This document shows, in pieces, positions 19,764-29,578 of a DNA stretch of 49,279 nt. The number at the start of each line of letters is the position of its first letter. Within the stretch, counting starts at the first letter, position 1. The notes below the pieces were generated by a model. That model ran no database searches. It worked only from the letters and a program-made list of their open reading frames with translations, and was not told the DNA's origin. The translations under genes were made by a program, and so were the position numbers. The stretch covers positions 1 to 49,279 of the forward strand of contig JBLWGC010000005.1 in NCBI GenBank assembly GCA_048772705.1, written 5' to 3'. The DNA comes from Leidyana gryllorum EB-2025a (lineage: Eukaryota; Protista; Apicomplexa).

Positions 19764-19834
19764 TGCGTCTGTCGGGAATCGAACCTGGGTCGTCTCGGTG
19801 GCAACGACACATTCTACCACAAGACCACAGATGC
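19764..19834 (-). pseudogene. tRNA-Gly(GCC), degenerate
   Basis: mirror of 13693. Confidence 0.68.
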
Positions 19835-19930
19835 ACAACTCGTTGTTGTTTAAGCTCGTGCACAATACCGGCCGTTTTGCTTCAGAAGAGAAGACAGAAT
19901 CGAGTTGAGCGAGTATGACGGGTAGTTTGT

Positions 19931-20002
19931 GGGTACGTAGCTCAGTGGTAGAGCAGCTGACTGCAGATCAGCAAGTCCGTGGTTTAACTCCGCGCGTGCC
20001 CT
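19931..20002 (+). tRNA. trnC: tRNA-Cys(GCA), C56T variant
   Basis: B-box mutated. Confidence 0.78.
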
Positions 20003-20211
20003 GAAGATGGTTTGGAACGATCGGAGATGTTGGACCACAAGGCAATGAGTCTGGAGCGGGGGATGTTTTTGGGCCTATGGCGGAACGTAGCGCGTCTGAC
20101 TCCTGCTTAGAAAATTGGGTGCTGTCCGCCAGTGTCTAAATGGCTCTGATGTTTGATTCCAGCTCTGGGGGATCCAGCATCCGGGTCGGTGCCATCTGTC
20201 GTTGCAGAAGT

Positions 20212-20285
20212 GGTCGCGTAGCTCAGTCGGTTAGAGCGTGAGCCTAATAAGCTCAAGGTCCTCGGTTCGAGCCCGGGCGTGACCA
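20212..20285 (+). tRNA. trnI: tRNA-Ile(AAT)
   Basis: intact. Confidence 0.92.
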
Positions 20286-20492
20286 AGTGAGGGGATCTCT
20301 GCTAAAGAGTCGCCTCGCACACGAGGAAACCACAACATTCTGCGACTAATACGAAAGGAACTTGTTACCAAGTCCGAGCTTCCCTGCCGCGCCAGCTCCG
20401 TCGCTAGAGCGCAAGACTCAATGGAGAGTCCTAGTCAAACTTGCTGAACCGTATGTGGAGCCACTGGCCGCAAAATGCCGAGTTGAACAGGT

Positions 20493-20574
20493 GGCAACTT
20501 GCCCGAGTGGTTAAGGGGGTAGACTAGAAATCTACTGGGCGTGGACCGCGCTGGTTCAAATCCAGCAGTTGTCG
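20493..20574 (+). tRNA. trnS: tRNA-Ser(AGA)
   Basis: variable-arm variant. Confidence 0.88.
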
Positions 20575-20650
20575 TGTTATGTGATTGGGCATCAACTCCA
20601 TTCGGTCGTGACTCTGTTTTCAAATACCGCAGGTGCAGCCGTTAGAAGTT

Positions 20651-20723
20651 TGGACGACCTGGGCATTGATCCCAGTATCTCTCGCATCTTAAGCGAGTGC
20701 TATATCATTTGAGCTAGCCGCTG
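20651..20723 (-). pseudogene. tRNA-Ala pseudogene
   Basis: many substitutions. Confidence 0.65.
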
Positions 20724-20777
20724 ACATATTATGACCAGTCTCCCGACTCTACCAGCAATTTCCACCACCGACCAGTC

Positions 20778-20849
20778 GGCTGTTTGGTCTAGTGATATGA
20801 TCCTTCCTTAGGGTGGAAGGAGTCCTGGGTTCGATTCCCAGAACAGCCC
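20778..20849 (+). tRNA. trnP: tRNA-Pro(AGG), G19A variant
   Basis: CTTCC-TT AGG GT-GGAAG. Confidence 0.83.
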
Positions 20850-20984
20850 GTTGGTTGTCGGTTGACCCGATGGGACAAGTTGCCCTCACAGCCAACACAG
20901 CCACCTCGTTGGCCCACTTCGGCACTCAAGGCCATTAACATCTCAAGAATCGCATTTCGGCTCCCTCTTCCATGTTGCAGACTG

Positions 20985-21056
20985 AGCAGTGTAGCTCAGT
21001 GGAAGAGTGTTGGGCTCATAACCCAAAGGTTCGTCGATCGAAACGACGCACTGCTA
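20985..21056 (+). tRNA. trnM: initiator tRNA-Met(CAT)
   Basis: intact. Confidence 0.92.
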
Positions 21057-21105
21057 AGTGTGCGCAGGAGGGAAACAGTTATAGAATTGATTGGGTCGTG
21101 ACCAA

Positions 21106-21176
21106 AGCCTTCTGCCGAAATCAAATCGGCGACCTTTCGCTTACTAAGCGAATGCTCTGCCCTAAGCTAAGAAGGC
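21106..21176 (-). pseudogene. tRNA-Thr(AGT), T-arm damaged
   Basis: GATTTGATTT. Confidence 0.7.
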
Positions 21177-21450
21177 ACTCCCTGTCTCGGTCCATATGAG
21201 GGTTTGATGCTGGGAATAGCATCATTTCCACCACAGAATTCAACTGGGCCTGGGCCGCGCTGGTGCAGATCCAGCAGTTGTCGTGCGATGTGATTGGAGG
21301 GGTCAGACACCAACTTACGCATGAATTCCAATCTACCCCCTTCCCCACTCGGGCAAGTTGGCTACTGTCGGTTTCGCCATGCGGCGAGGAGTGGCCCCAC
21401 ATACCGCCGCGGTAAGTGCTTATTTTCATCGCCTTCCGTGACTACCTACC

Positions 21451-21523
21451 GCCTCGGTAGCTCAGTTGGGAGAGCGCCAGACTGAAGATCTGGAAGTCCC
21501 GTGTTCGATCCACGGCCGAGGCA
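21451..21523 (+). tRNA. trnF: tRNA-Phe(GAA)
   Basis: intact. Confidence 0.93.
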
Positions 21524-21587
21524 GCGACGTTGTGACATTTGGTGTCACTATCTCAAGTGTCCTCAGCGGTTTGCACGACCGACAGGC

Positions 21588-21659
21588 GGCTGTTTGGTCT
21601 AGTGGTATGATTCTTCTGTCGGGTGGAAGAAGGCCTGTGTTCGATTCCCAGAAGAGCCC
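21588..21659 (+). pseudogene. tRNA-Pro(CGG), degenerate
   Basis: multiple mismatches. Confidence 0.66.
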
Positions 21660-21797
21660 GTCTGATAGTTGTTGACTGAATGCCACGTCTCTCCCAGGTC
21701 GGCTACCATACGCGGCTCCCACTCGTATAATCCCGGATGAAGTCCAGACCAGCTGAGACAAAATCTGAGTTGCAGCAGTTGTGAGGGGCTGGAACTG

Positions 21798-21868
21798 CTC
21801 CGAGACCGGGAATCCACCCTGGTCTTCCGCGTAATAGGCGGAAATACTAAGCGCTATACTATCTCGGA
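21798..21868 (-). pseudogene. tRNA-Asp pseudogene
   Basis: anticodon and T-loop mutated. Confidence 0.66.
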
Positions 21869-21962
21869 CGCTCTGGATACGCCGGCCTGCAACCCCAGAA
21901 GTTCTTCCATTTTGAGATTCCACGGATAGAAAAAGCGTGGAGCGGCGAGCCAACAACATTTC

Positions 21963-22051
21963 GGCAAGATGGCCAAGTGGTCCGAGTGGTCCAAGGCGCT
22001 GTGTTCAGGCCGCAGTCCGAAAGGGCGTGGGTTCGAATCCCACTCTTGTCA
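21963..22051 (+). pseudogene. tRNA-Leu(CAG) with 9-nt D-arm duplication
   Basis: AGTGGTCCG-AGTGGTCCA. Confidence 0.72.
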
Positions 22052-22244
22052 GGCGTTGTATTGGCACTCGGTGAGCCATTGGATGCAACCAGCTACTAGG
22101 ATCGATATCCCAGATCGTCTAGTCTTACCAGAACTTGAGTCTGGCACCTCGGACGACCCCGAAATCTGTGGCGTAGTTGAGAGCTTAAACTGTCACCGTC
22201 CAGGGTTTGAGGTTGAGCTTGCATACCTCGACGCCGTTGGCCGG

Positions 22245-22326
22245 CCGGGGGGGTAGCTCAGTTGGTAGAGCATCTGACTGTAGTAGTGGCATCAGATAGT
22301 CGGCGGTTCGATTCCGTCCCACCGGA
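22245..22326 (+). tRNA. trnY: tRNA-Tyr(GTA), 7-nt intron, extra Gs in acceptor
   Basis: intron TAGTGGC. Confidence 0.75.
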
Positions 22327-22592
22327 AGTAGAGAGATGGTTTGAGAACTACTCCTCAACCTGACGATTTTGGCAGACAGCGTTGATAGGCCAACTAGACA
22401 ACTCCGGCGAGGGTTCCATCTATTGTAGTTCGGAAAGGTTGGGAATCGATCCCAGAACCTTTCGTATACTAAGCCACCGTTTCATCATCTGGGCCAGCCT
22501 CCCTCTGTGCCTACCTCATGACACTGAGTGATACTTCACATAGTGAGACGAGTCTCTCGACTATACCCAGCGGGTTGAACCACCGGCTAGGC

Positions 22593-22664
22593 GGCTGTTT
22601 GGTCTGGTGGTCTGATCCTTCCTTAGGGTAGAAGAAGTCCTGGGTTTGATTCCCAGAGCAGCCC
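22593..22664 (+). pseudogene. tRNA-Pro(AGG), degenerate
   Basis: C56T and others. Confidence 0.66.
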
Positions 22665-22725
22665 CGTTGGTTGTCGGTTGACCCGACGCTCTATCTCTCG
22701 TCCAAAGCTGCAGCTGAGGACGTTG

Positions 22726-22797
22726 TCCACTGTAGTCTAAGTGGCTAGGATATGCGGCTTTCACCCGCACGATCCGGGTTCAAGTCCGACAGTGGAA
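22726..22797 (+). tRNA. trnE: tRNA-Glu(TTC), T-stem damaged
   Basis: 1-nt deletion. Confidence 0.7.
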
Positions 22798-22873
22798 GTC
22801 ATTGGACTATTCGAGCAAAGTGCTTCAGTAACCTCCGTCAATAGTGACTGACTCGTGATCTTCGGCTTGCATT

Positions 22874-22945
22874 GCCTTCTTAGCTTAGGGGCAGAGCATT
22901 CGCTTAGTAAGCGAAAGGTCGCCGGTTCGTTTCCGGCAGGAGGCT
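22874..22945 (+). tRNA. trnT: tRNA-Thr(AGT), A58T variant
   Basis: near-intact. Confidence 0.78.
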
Positions 22946-23036
22946 CGACTGCATCGACTGGGCACCTGCAAAGCTGAACCACTAGCTCAACGCAGACTGC
23001 GGCCGAGTCTCGGGGTGCTGAAGCTCTTTCTCGAGT

Positions 23037-23107
23037 GCACTTGTGGTCCAAGGGTAGGATGCAAGCTTCCCATGCTCGCAGCCCGGGTTCGAGTCCCGGC
23101 AGGTGCA
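23037..23107 (+). tRNA. trnG: tRNA-Gly(CCC)
   Basis: loop TT CCC AT; one stem mismatch. Confidence 0.83.
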
Positions 23108-23182
23108 GCCGATCGTACAGGCTTGACCATGGCTGCAACAATATTTTCAACCGGGGCGAAGAGCAATGCACTTTAGACTGCT

Positions 23183-23254
23183 TGTCCGAGCCAGGAATCG
23201 AGCCTGGGTTTACACGGCCACAACGTGCTGTCCTAACCACTAGACGACTCGGAC
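23183..23254 (-). tRNA. trnH: tRNA-His(GTG)
   Basis: near-intact. Confidence 0.87.
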
Positions 23255-23481
23255 AATCTTTGAGCGAGGCTGTAGAGGTAGCGAAGCATCGATCAGGATG
23301 GAATGCGTTGTAAGAAGTCCACTCCTCAACTCCCGGCGGACGGAATTTCCTCGTCGAATAGCTGATGCCACCACTACCATCAGATGGGTTGCCATCTAAG
23401 CACCGCGGGCCGTGAGAAAAGCCTTCCTTCTCGAGACTTCACGAACAGAAAACGTGTAAAGTGGCGAGCCAAGAACATTCC

Positions 23482-23561
23482 GGCAAGATGGCCGAGTGGT
23501 CCAAGGCGCTGTGTTAAGGCCGCAGTCCGAAAGGGCGTGGGTTCGAATCCCACTCTTGTCA
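23482..23561 (+). tRNA. trnL: tRNA-Leu(AAG)
   Basis: intact. Confidence 0.92.
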
Positions 23562-23621
23562 GCCGTTTTATCGGCCCTCGGTCAGCCACTGGATGCAATA
23601 GGTCTTCCATGTAGAGCGCAT

Positions 23622-23694
23622 GGGCGGCTAGCTCAGATGGTAGTGCGCTCGCTTCGCATGCGAGAGGTACTGGGATCGATACCCAGGTCGTCCA
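23622..23694 (+). tRNA. trnA: tRNA-Ala(CGC)
   Basis: one D-stem mismatch. Confidence 0.85.
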
Positions 23695-23809
23695 AAGTAC
23701 ATACGGCTGCACGTGGCGGGATCCAAACAAACTTACATCTTTGAAGAGTCGCAGACCACAAGTGCCATTGGGAGAGCAGCGCAGTCAGTGTTTAGTGTGC
23801 CTCTGAAAC

Positions 23810-23882
23810 CGGTCCTGGCAGGTTTCGAACCTGCGACTTTGTGGTTAACAACCACACGCTCTGCCGACTGAGCTACAAGACC
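23810..23882 (-). tRNA. trnN: tRNA-Asn(GTT)
   Basis: TGTGG-TT GTT AA-CCACA. Confidence 0.9.
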
Positions 23883-23997
23883 CAGCTACAATGGTTCACA
23901 GGTTAGTATAGACATCCTCCTTTTTGTACCGCAGGATTGCAACCACGTCTTGTCAAGAGGGTACGGCTCTCGGCTAAAGCTGCAGCTGAGGGAGTTG

Positions 23998-24070
23998 TCT
24001 ACTGTAGTCTAAGTGGCTAGGATATGCGGCTCTCACCCGCACGATCCGGGTTCAAGTCCCGGCAGTGGAA
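23998..24070 (+). tRNA. trnE: tRNA-Glu(CTC)
   Basis: near-intact. Confidence 0.88.
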
Positions 24071-24130
24071 ATCCAGCTGAGTGTGCTTGTAGGCAACGGT
24101 TCCATTCCTACTCCCAGAGACATTGATTTG

Positions 24131-24203
24131 CACCGTCCGCGGGGCTCGAACCCGCGACTGCAAGATTAAAAGTCTTGCGCTCTACCGACTGAGCTAGGGC
24201 GGC
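24131..24203 (-). tRNA. trnK: tRNA-Lys(TTT)
   Basis: one acceptor mismatch. Confidence 0.86.
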
Positions 24204-24332
24204 AAGGAAGCTCTCAACTTAGTTACACCCTATTTGCCGGTGGGTGGAGCAGTGGGAGTGTTGAGTGGTGGAACACTGTGCTTCAGTAACTTCCGTCAAT
24301 AGGCTCCTCACGCCTGATGTCCAGTTAACATT

Positions 24333-24403
24333 GCCTTTTTAGCTTGGGGCAGAGCATTCGCTTAGTAAGTGAAAGGTCGCCGGTTCGATTCGGGCAGCAG
24401 GCT
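24333..24403 (+). pseudogene. tRNA-Thr(AGT), degenerate
   Basis: multiple lesions. Confidence 0.68.
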
Positions 24404-24451
24404 TGGCTCACGAGCCAATCTATCCTGCAACTGTTCCCTTCTGCGCACACT

Positions 24452-24523
24452 TAGCAGTGCGTCGTTTCGATCGACGGACCTTTGCGTTATGAGCCTAACA
24501 CTCTTCCACTGAGCTACACTGCT
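24452..24523 (-). pseudogene. initiator tRNA-Met, anticodon stem broken
   Basis: TTAGG/CGCAA. Confidence 0.72.
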
Positions 24524-24664
24524 CAGTCTGCAACATGGAAGAGGTAGCCGAAATGTGATTTTCGAGATGTTAGTTGCCCTGACTGCCCCACCGAAGCGGG
24601 CTAACGAGGTGGCTGTGTTGATTCTGAGGGCAACATGTCCGGTCAAGTCAAACGACGACCAATA

Positions 24665-24734
24665 GGGCTGTTCTGGAATCGAACCCAGGACTCCTTCCAC
24701 TCTGAGGAAGGATCATACCAGCAGAGCAACAGCC
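24665..24734 (-). pseudogene. tRNA-Pro pseudogene
   Basis: anticodon AGA, deletions. Confidence 0.66.
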
Positions 24735-24798
24735 GAATACTCGGGTGCATGCAACCGACTGTGGCCTTTTCCAGCTTTTTTTTGGGGATGATCGCCGT

Positions 24799-24882
24799 TG
24801 CACAGAATGGGATTCGAACCCATGCAGGCTTGCGCCTACCAGAACTTGAGTCTGGCCCCTTAGACCACTCGGGCATCTGTGC
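24799..24882 (-). tRNA. trnL: tRNA-Leu(CAA)
   Basis: intact. Confidence 0.91.
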
Positions 24883-25123
24883 ATTACTTTCCTTCTGAGT
24901 TCCAGAGTGTTAATGGCTTCCGTTGCGACCGCCGATGTCGTTCTGGCTGCGGTGTGCCACCCCGAAGTACTCTTACGGCCCAGGGTGCTTAGATGGTAAC
25001 GTATCTGACTGTAGTGGTGGTATCAGGTATTCCACGAGTAAATTCCGTCCCACCCGAAGTTGAGGAGTGGCTGTTCCATCCTGGTCGATGCTTCGCTACC
25101 TCTACAGCCTCGCTCAAAGATTT

Positions 25124-25195
25124 GTCCGAGTCGTCTAGTGGTTAGGACAGCACGTTGTGGCCGTGCAAACCCAGGCTCGATTCCTGGCTCGGACA
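25124..25195 (+). tRNA. trnH: tRNA-His(GTG)
   Basis: intact. Confidence 0.9.
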
Positions 25196-25288
25196 ACCAA
25201 TCTAAAGTGCATTGCAAATCCCCTCCAAACCTCTCAGATCCTTATCGAGACTGAGAGACCAGTCAGAATAGCTTAAGTGGGTGAGGAA

Positions 25289-25360
25289 AGCCTTCTGCCG
25301 GAATCGAACCGGCGACCTTTCGCTTACTAAGCGAATGCTCTGCCCCTAAGCTAAGAAGGC
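25289..25360 (-). tRNA. trnT: tRNA-Thr(AGT)
   Basis: intact. Confidence 0.92.
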
Positions 25361-25436
25361 AATATTAGCTGGAAATCACGCATCAGTCACTATTGACGGA
25401 GGTTACTGGAGCACTTTGCTCGAATGGTCCAATGAC

Positions 25437-25509
25437 TTGCACTGCCGGGACTTGAACCCGGATCGTGCGGGTGAAAGCCGCATATCCTAGCCACTTAGAC
25501 TACAGTGGA
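25437..25509 (-). tRNA. trnE: tRNA-Glu(TTC)
   Basis: one acceptor mismatch. Confidence 0.84.
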
Positions 25510-25626
25510 CAACTCCCTCAGCTGCAGCTTTAGCCGAGAGCCGTACCCTCTTGACAAGACGTGGTTGCAGAATCCTGCGGTAGAAAAAGGAGGATCTCTA
25601 TACTAACCTCTGAACCATTGTAGCTG

Positions 25627-25699
25627 GGTCTTGTAGCTCAGTCGGCAGAGCGTGTGGCTGTTCACCACAAAGTCGCAGGTTCGAAACCTGCCAGGACCG
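25627..25699 (+). tRNA. trnN: tRNA-Asn(GTT), A37C variant
   Basis: otherwise intact. Confidence 0.83.
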
Positions 25700-25815
25700 G
25701 TTTCAGAGGCACACTAAACACTGACTGCGCTGCTCTCCCAATGGCCCTTGTGTTCTGCGACTCTTCAAAGATGTAAGTTTTGTTTGGATCCCGCCACGTG
25801 CAGCCGTACGTACTT

Positions 25816-25888
25816 TGGACGACCTGGGTATCGATCCCAGTACCTCTCGCATGCAAAGCGAGCGCTCTACCATCTGAGCTAGCCGCCC
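25816..25888 (-). tRNA. trnA: tRNA-Ala(TGC)
   Basis: intact. Confidence 0.92.
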
Positions 25889-25946
25889 ATCCGCTCTACA
25901 TGGAAGACCTATTGCATCCAGTGGCTGACCGAGCCGATACAACGGC

Positions 25947-26025
25947 TGACAAGCGTGGCTTCGAACCCACGCCCTGTCGGACTGCGGCCTAAACACAGCG
26001 CCTTAGACTACTCGGCCATCTTGCC
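25947..26025 (-). pseudogene. tRNA-Leu(TAG), degenerate
   Basis: loop TT TAG GC; T-arm deletion. Confidence 0.68.
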
Positions 26026-26120
26026 GGGATGCTCTTGGCTCGCTACTTTACACGCTTTCTGTCCGTGAAGTCTCGAGAAGGGAAAACTTTTGGGGTTGAA
26101 GGTCGGGGTATCCACGAGCG

Positions 26121-26192
26121 TCCGAGATAGTATAGTGCTTAGTATTTCCGCCTGTCACTCGCAAGACCCCTGTACGATTCCCGGTCTCGGAG
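26121..26192 (+). pseudogene. tRNA-Asp(GTC), degenerate
   Basis: T-arm mutated. Confidence 0.66.
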
Positions 26193-26247
26193 CACAGTTG
26201 ATCTCGCTTAAGATTGTCTTTTTTGGTGCCCGCTGAAAGTTGCGAGC

Positions 26248-26320
26248 TACAGCCACCGAGGATCGAACTCGGTACCTTCTGCGTGTTAAGCAGACGTCGT
26301 AACCACTAGACCATGGCTGC
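26248..26320 (-). tRNA. trnV: tRNA-Val(AAC)
   Basis: near-intact. Confidence 0.88.
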
Positions 26321-26384
26321 ATGGATGGTCCCCGCAGCCCAAGAGAAGTGGCGAAGCTTCAGGGAGTAGTGAGGACCAGTTCAA

Positions 26385-26454
26385 GGGTCGCGCCGGGATC
26401 GAACCCAGGTCGGAAAATCCAAAGTGTCGAGTGCTAACCACCAAGGACGCAACC
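26385..26454 (-). pseudogene. tRNA-Gln(TTG) pseudogene
   Basis: mirror of 16292. Confidence 0.7.
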
Positions 26455-26611
26455 GGTTCAGCCCATCCCAGAAGAGTCGGACTAGCGCTTCCTCAACTGG
26501 ACACATGCAACACGGGTCTTGTATACAGACCCCAGCGTAAAGAGTTGGATTCGAGTCGGGCAAAAACCTCAGTTCAATCATTCAACCAGTTGCGCTCTCC
26601 CCGAATGCTAC

Positions 26612-26693
26612 CGACAAGGGTGACATTCGAACTCACGCGGGTGGAACCCAACGGCTTAGCAGGCCGCCGCCTTAACCACTCGGCCACCTTGCC
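26612..26693 (-). tRNA. trnS: tRNA-Ser(GCT), C61G variant
   Basis: otherwise intact. Confidence 0.8.
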
Positions 26694-26802
26694 GACGACA
26701 TCTCTTACTCGCTGGCACTTTTTCACAACGGTTTGGGGTCCTAGTCAAGCTTGCCGAACCGTATGTGACATCACTGGCCGCAAAATGCCGAGTTCGACAG
26801 GT

Positions 26803-26884
26803 GGCAACTTGCCCGAGTGGTTAAGGGGGTAGACTCGAAATCTACTGGGCCTGGCCCGCGCTGGTTCAAATCCAGCAGTTGTCG
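26803..26884 (+). tRNA. trnS: tRNA-Ser(CGA)
   Basis: intact. Confidence 0.92.
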
Positions 26885-26948
26885 TGCGATGTGGTGGAAA
26901 TGATGCAATTCCCAGCATCAAGAACTCATATGGGTCGAGACAGAGAAT

Positions 26949-27020
26949 GCCTCCTTAGCTTAGGGGCAGAGCATTCGCTTTGTAAGCGAAAGGTCGCTGG
27001 TTCGATTCCGGCACGAGGCT
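26949..27020 (+). tRNA. trnT: tRNA-Thr(TGT)
   Basis: one acceptor mismatch. Confidence 0.85.
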
Positions 27021-27440
27021 TCAGTCATTAGCCTAAACATGGTTGCGAACATCCGGCCGCATTTTCGCACGGCGGCTTGCACACAGCACTCCATCTTGCC
27101 GAAGTGTTACCCGTTTCCTGTCCGTGTTAGACAGCCTATCGATGGATCAAAGGGCACAAAACCCGATAGCCTGACATGTGAAGTGGCTCTACTCCCAGAG
27201 CTGGAACTTCCGTAGTATGTGGGAGCCGCGTGTCAGCCCAACAGACTACAAAGGTTGGAGTGACGGGACAGAAAGCGAGCTGGCAACATGGCCAAATGCA
27301 CTACTTTGTGAAACCTCACCACTCCTCTTGGGCTGCGGGGACCATCCGTGCAGCTATGATCTAGTGGTCAGGACGTACACGGCCGTTTTGCTTCAAGTGA
27401 GGAGGCAGGATCGAGTTGAGTGAGTATGAGGGGCAGTTCT

Positions 27441-27512
27441 GGGTACGTAGCTCAGTGGTAGAGCAGCTGACTGCAGATCAGCAAGTCCGTGGTTCAACTC
27501 CGCGCGTGCCCT
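27441..27512 (+). tRNA. trnC: tRNA-Cys(GCA)
   Basis: intact. Confidence 0.93.
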
Positions 27513-27630
27513 GAAGATGGAATGAAACGTTCGAAGATGTTGGCTCAGCCATACCGTCATGTGATCGAGACAGGGCCTGCCTGGTTAGCTGAGGGGCGAG
27601 GAATTCTGACACCAGATTTCACGACCTCTC

Positions 27631-27703
27631 TGCCTCGGCCGTGGATCGAACACGGGACTTCCAGATCTTCAGTCTGGCGCTCTCCCAACTGAGCTACCGA
27701 GGC
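27631..27703 (-). tRNA. trnF: tRNA-Phe(GAA)
   Basis: intact. Confidence 0.93.
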
Positions 27704-27809
27704 GCTAGAAAGTCATGGAAGGCGGTGAAAATAAGCACTTAGCGCGGCCGTATGTGGGGCCAACTCACGCATGAATTGTTGGAATGGTGAAAAACAAGCA
27801 CGCGTCCTC

Positions 27810-27880
27810 TGCATCTGCCGGGAATCGAACCCGGGTCGTCTCGATGGCAACGAGACATTCTACCACTAGACCACAGATGC
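27810..27880 (-). tRNA. trnG: tRNA-Gly(GCC)
   Basis: intact. Confidence 0.93.
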
Positions 27881-28053
27881 GTGACACCTTGTTGTTGAAG
27901 CTCGTACACGGTAACGGCCGTTTTCTGAACGAATGGAATGTCCGTGGCGTGTTCAGAGCGTCCGAGATAGCATAGTGGTTACTATTTTCGCATGTCACGC
28001 CTAAGAAGCGGGCCCGATTGCCGGTAAATGAGTCTGGAACGGGGGATGGTTTT

Positions 28054-28125
28054 GAGCCTTTGGCGCAACGGTAGCGCGTCTGACTCCAGATGAGAAGGTT
28101 GGGTGTTCGAATCACTCTGGGCTCA
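28054..28125 (+). tRNA. trnW: tRNA-Trp(CCA), degenerating
   Basis: anticodon-stem mismatch. Confidence 0.75.
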
Positions 28126-28162
28126 ACCGAACTCTATGTTTTTTCCCGTTTGGGGCGCAACC

Positions 28163-28242
28163 TGACAAAAGTGGGATTCGAACCCACGCCCTTTCGGACT
28201 GCGGCCTTAACACAGCGCCCTAGACCACTCGGTCATCTTGCC
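28163..28242 (-). tRNA. trnL: tRNA-Leu(AAG) variant
   Basis: near-intact. Confidence 0.82.
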
Positions 28243-28336
28243 GGGATGTTGTTGGCTCGCCGCTCCACGCGTTTTCTATCCCTGGAATCTCAAGATGGAA
28301 GGACTTTTGGGGTTTCAGGCCGGTGTGTTCGGAGCG

Positions 28337-28408
28337 TCCAAGATAGTATAGTGGTTAGTATTTCCGCCTGTCACGCGGAAGACCCGGGTTCGATTCCCGG
28401 TCTCGGAG
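28337..28408 (+). tRNA. trnD: tRNA-Asp(GTC)
   Basis: one acceptor mismatch; T-run downstream. Confidence 0.87.
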
Positions 28409-28463
28409 CACAGTTGATCTCGCTTAAGATTGTCTTTTTTGGTGCCCGCTGAAAGTTGCAAGC

Positions 28464-28536
28464 TACAGCCACCGAGGATCGAACTCGGGACCTTCTGCGT
28501 GTTAAGCAGACGTCGTAACCACTAGACCATGGCTGC
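28464..28536 (-). tRNA. trnV: tRNA-Val(AAC)
   Basis: intact. Confidence 0.92.
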
Positions 28537-28600
28537 ATGGATGGTCCCCGCAGCCCAAGAGAAGTGGCGAAGCTTCAGGGAGTAGTGAGCACTAGTTTCG

Positions 28601-28672
28601 AGGTCGCGCCGGGAATCGAACCCGGGTCGGGAGATTCAGAGTCTCCAGTGCTAACCACTACACCACGCAACC
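28601..28672 (-). tRNA. trnQ: tRNA-Gln(CTG)
   Basis: intact. Confidence 0.93.
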
Positions 28673-28790
28673 CATTCAGTCCTTCCCAAAAGAGTTGGTA
28701 AAGCCATCCACACTAGCTCTCCCTCAACTAGATCATCAGGATACGTGTTTGCAGAGACACACGCCTTTTTTCCCAGTCCGCAGGCTCCGT

Positions 28791-28862
28791 GCAGCCATGG
28801 TCCAGTGGTCACGACGTCTGCTTCACACGCAGAAGGTCCCGATCCGATCCTCGGTGGCTGTA
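28791..28862 (+). pseudogene. tRNA-Val(CAC), T-arm damaged
   Basis: loop TT CAC AC. Confidence 0.7.
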
Positions 28863-28917
28863 GCTCGCAACTTTCAGCGAGATCCGAAAGAAACAATCCT
28901 AAGCGCAACCAACTGTG

Positions 28918-28987
28918 CTCCGAGACCGGGAATTGATCTTGGTTTTCCGCGTGATAGGCGGAATACTAACCGCTATACTATCTCGGA
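28918..28987 (-). pseudogene. tRNA-Asp pseudogene
   Basis: multiple lesions. Confidence 0.65.
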
Positions 28988-29055
28988 CGCTCTGGATACG
29001 CTAGCCCCCAACCCCAGAAGTTCTTCCATTTTGAGATTCCACGGATAGAAAACGC

Positions 29056-29130
29056 GTGGAGCGGCGAGCCAACAACATTTGTGGAGCGGCGAGCCAACAA
29101 CATTTGTGGAGCGGCGAGCCAACAACATTT
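29056..29130 (+). repeat. 25-bp unit x3 upstream of tRNA-Leu
   Basis: GTGGAGCGGCGAGCCAACAACATTT x3. Confidence 0.92.
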
Positions 29131-29131
29131 C

Positions 29132-29211
29132 GGCAAGATGGCCGAGTGGTCCAATGCGCTGTGTTCAGGCCGCAGTCCGAAAGGGCGTGGGTTCGAATCC
29201 CACTCTTGTCA
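29132..29211 (+). tRNA. trnL: tRNA-Leu(CAG)
   Basis: one D-stem change. Confidence 0.85.
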
Positions 29212-29341
29212 GCCGTTGTAGTCAGAATAACTTGCGACTTCTTCCCAGCATGCCCGCACGATGGGCGGGACTGCCCGCCGTGCACGTAGCACCCGGCTAA
29301 GTTTTGTCGATACAACTGACACATGATTCTCCAGATAAGTT

Positions 29342-29413
29342 GCCTTCTTAGCTTAGGGGCAGAGCGTTCGCTTCGTAAGCGAGAAGTCGCCGGTTCGATT
29401 CCGGCAGAAGGCT
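29342..29413 (+). tRNA. trnT: tRNA-Thr(CGT)
   Basis: intact. Confidence 0.91.
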
Positions 29414-29506
29414 TTCCTCACGCACTTAAGCTATTCTGACGGGTCTCTCAGTCTCGATAAGGATCTGAGAGGTTTGGAGGGGATTTGCAATGCACTTTAG
29501 ATTGGT

Positions 29507-29578
29507 TGTCCGAGCCAGGAATCGAGCCTGGGTTTGCACGGCCACAACGTGCTGTCCTAACCACTAGACGACTCGGAC
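29507..29578 (-). tRNA. trnH: tRNA-His(GTG)
   Basis: intact. Confidence 0.9.

Larger units (their letters stand above)
18087..20075. repeat. Right arm of inverted duplication (partner ~13451..15420)
   Basis: reverse-complement match. Confidence 0.9.
23942..25360. repeat. ~1.4-kb inverted duplication (partner ~29342..30766)
   Basis: Glu-Lys-Thr-iMet-Pro-Leu-His-Thr mirrored with shared lesions. Confidence 0.88.
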
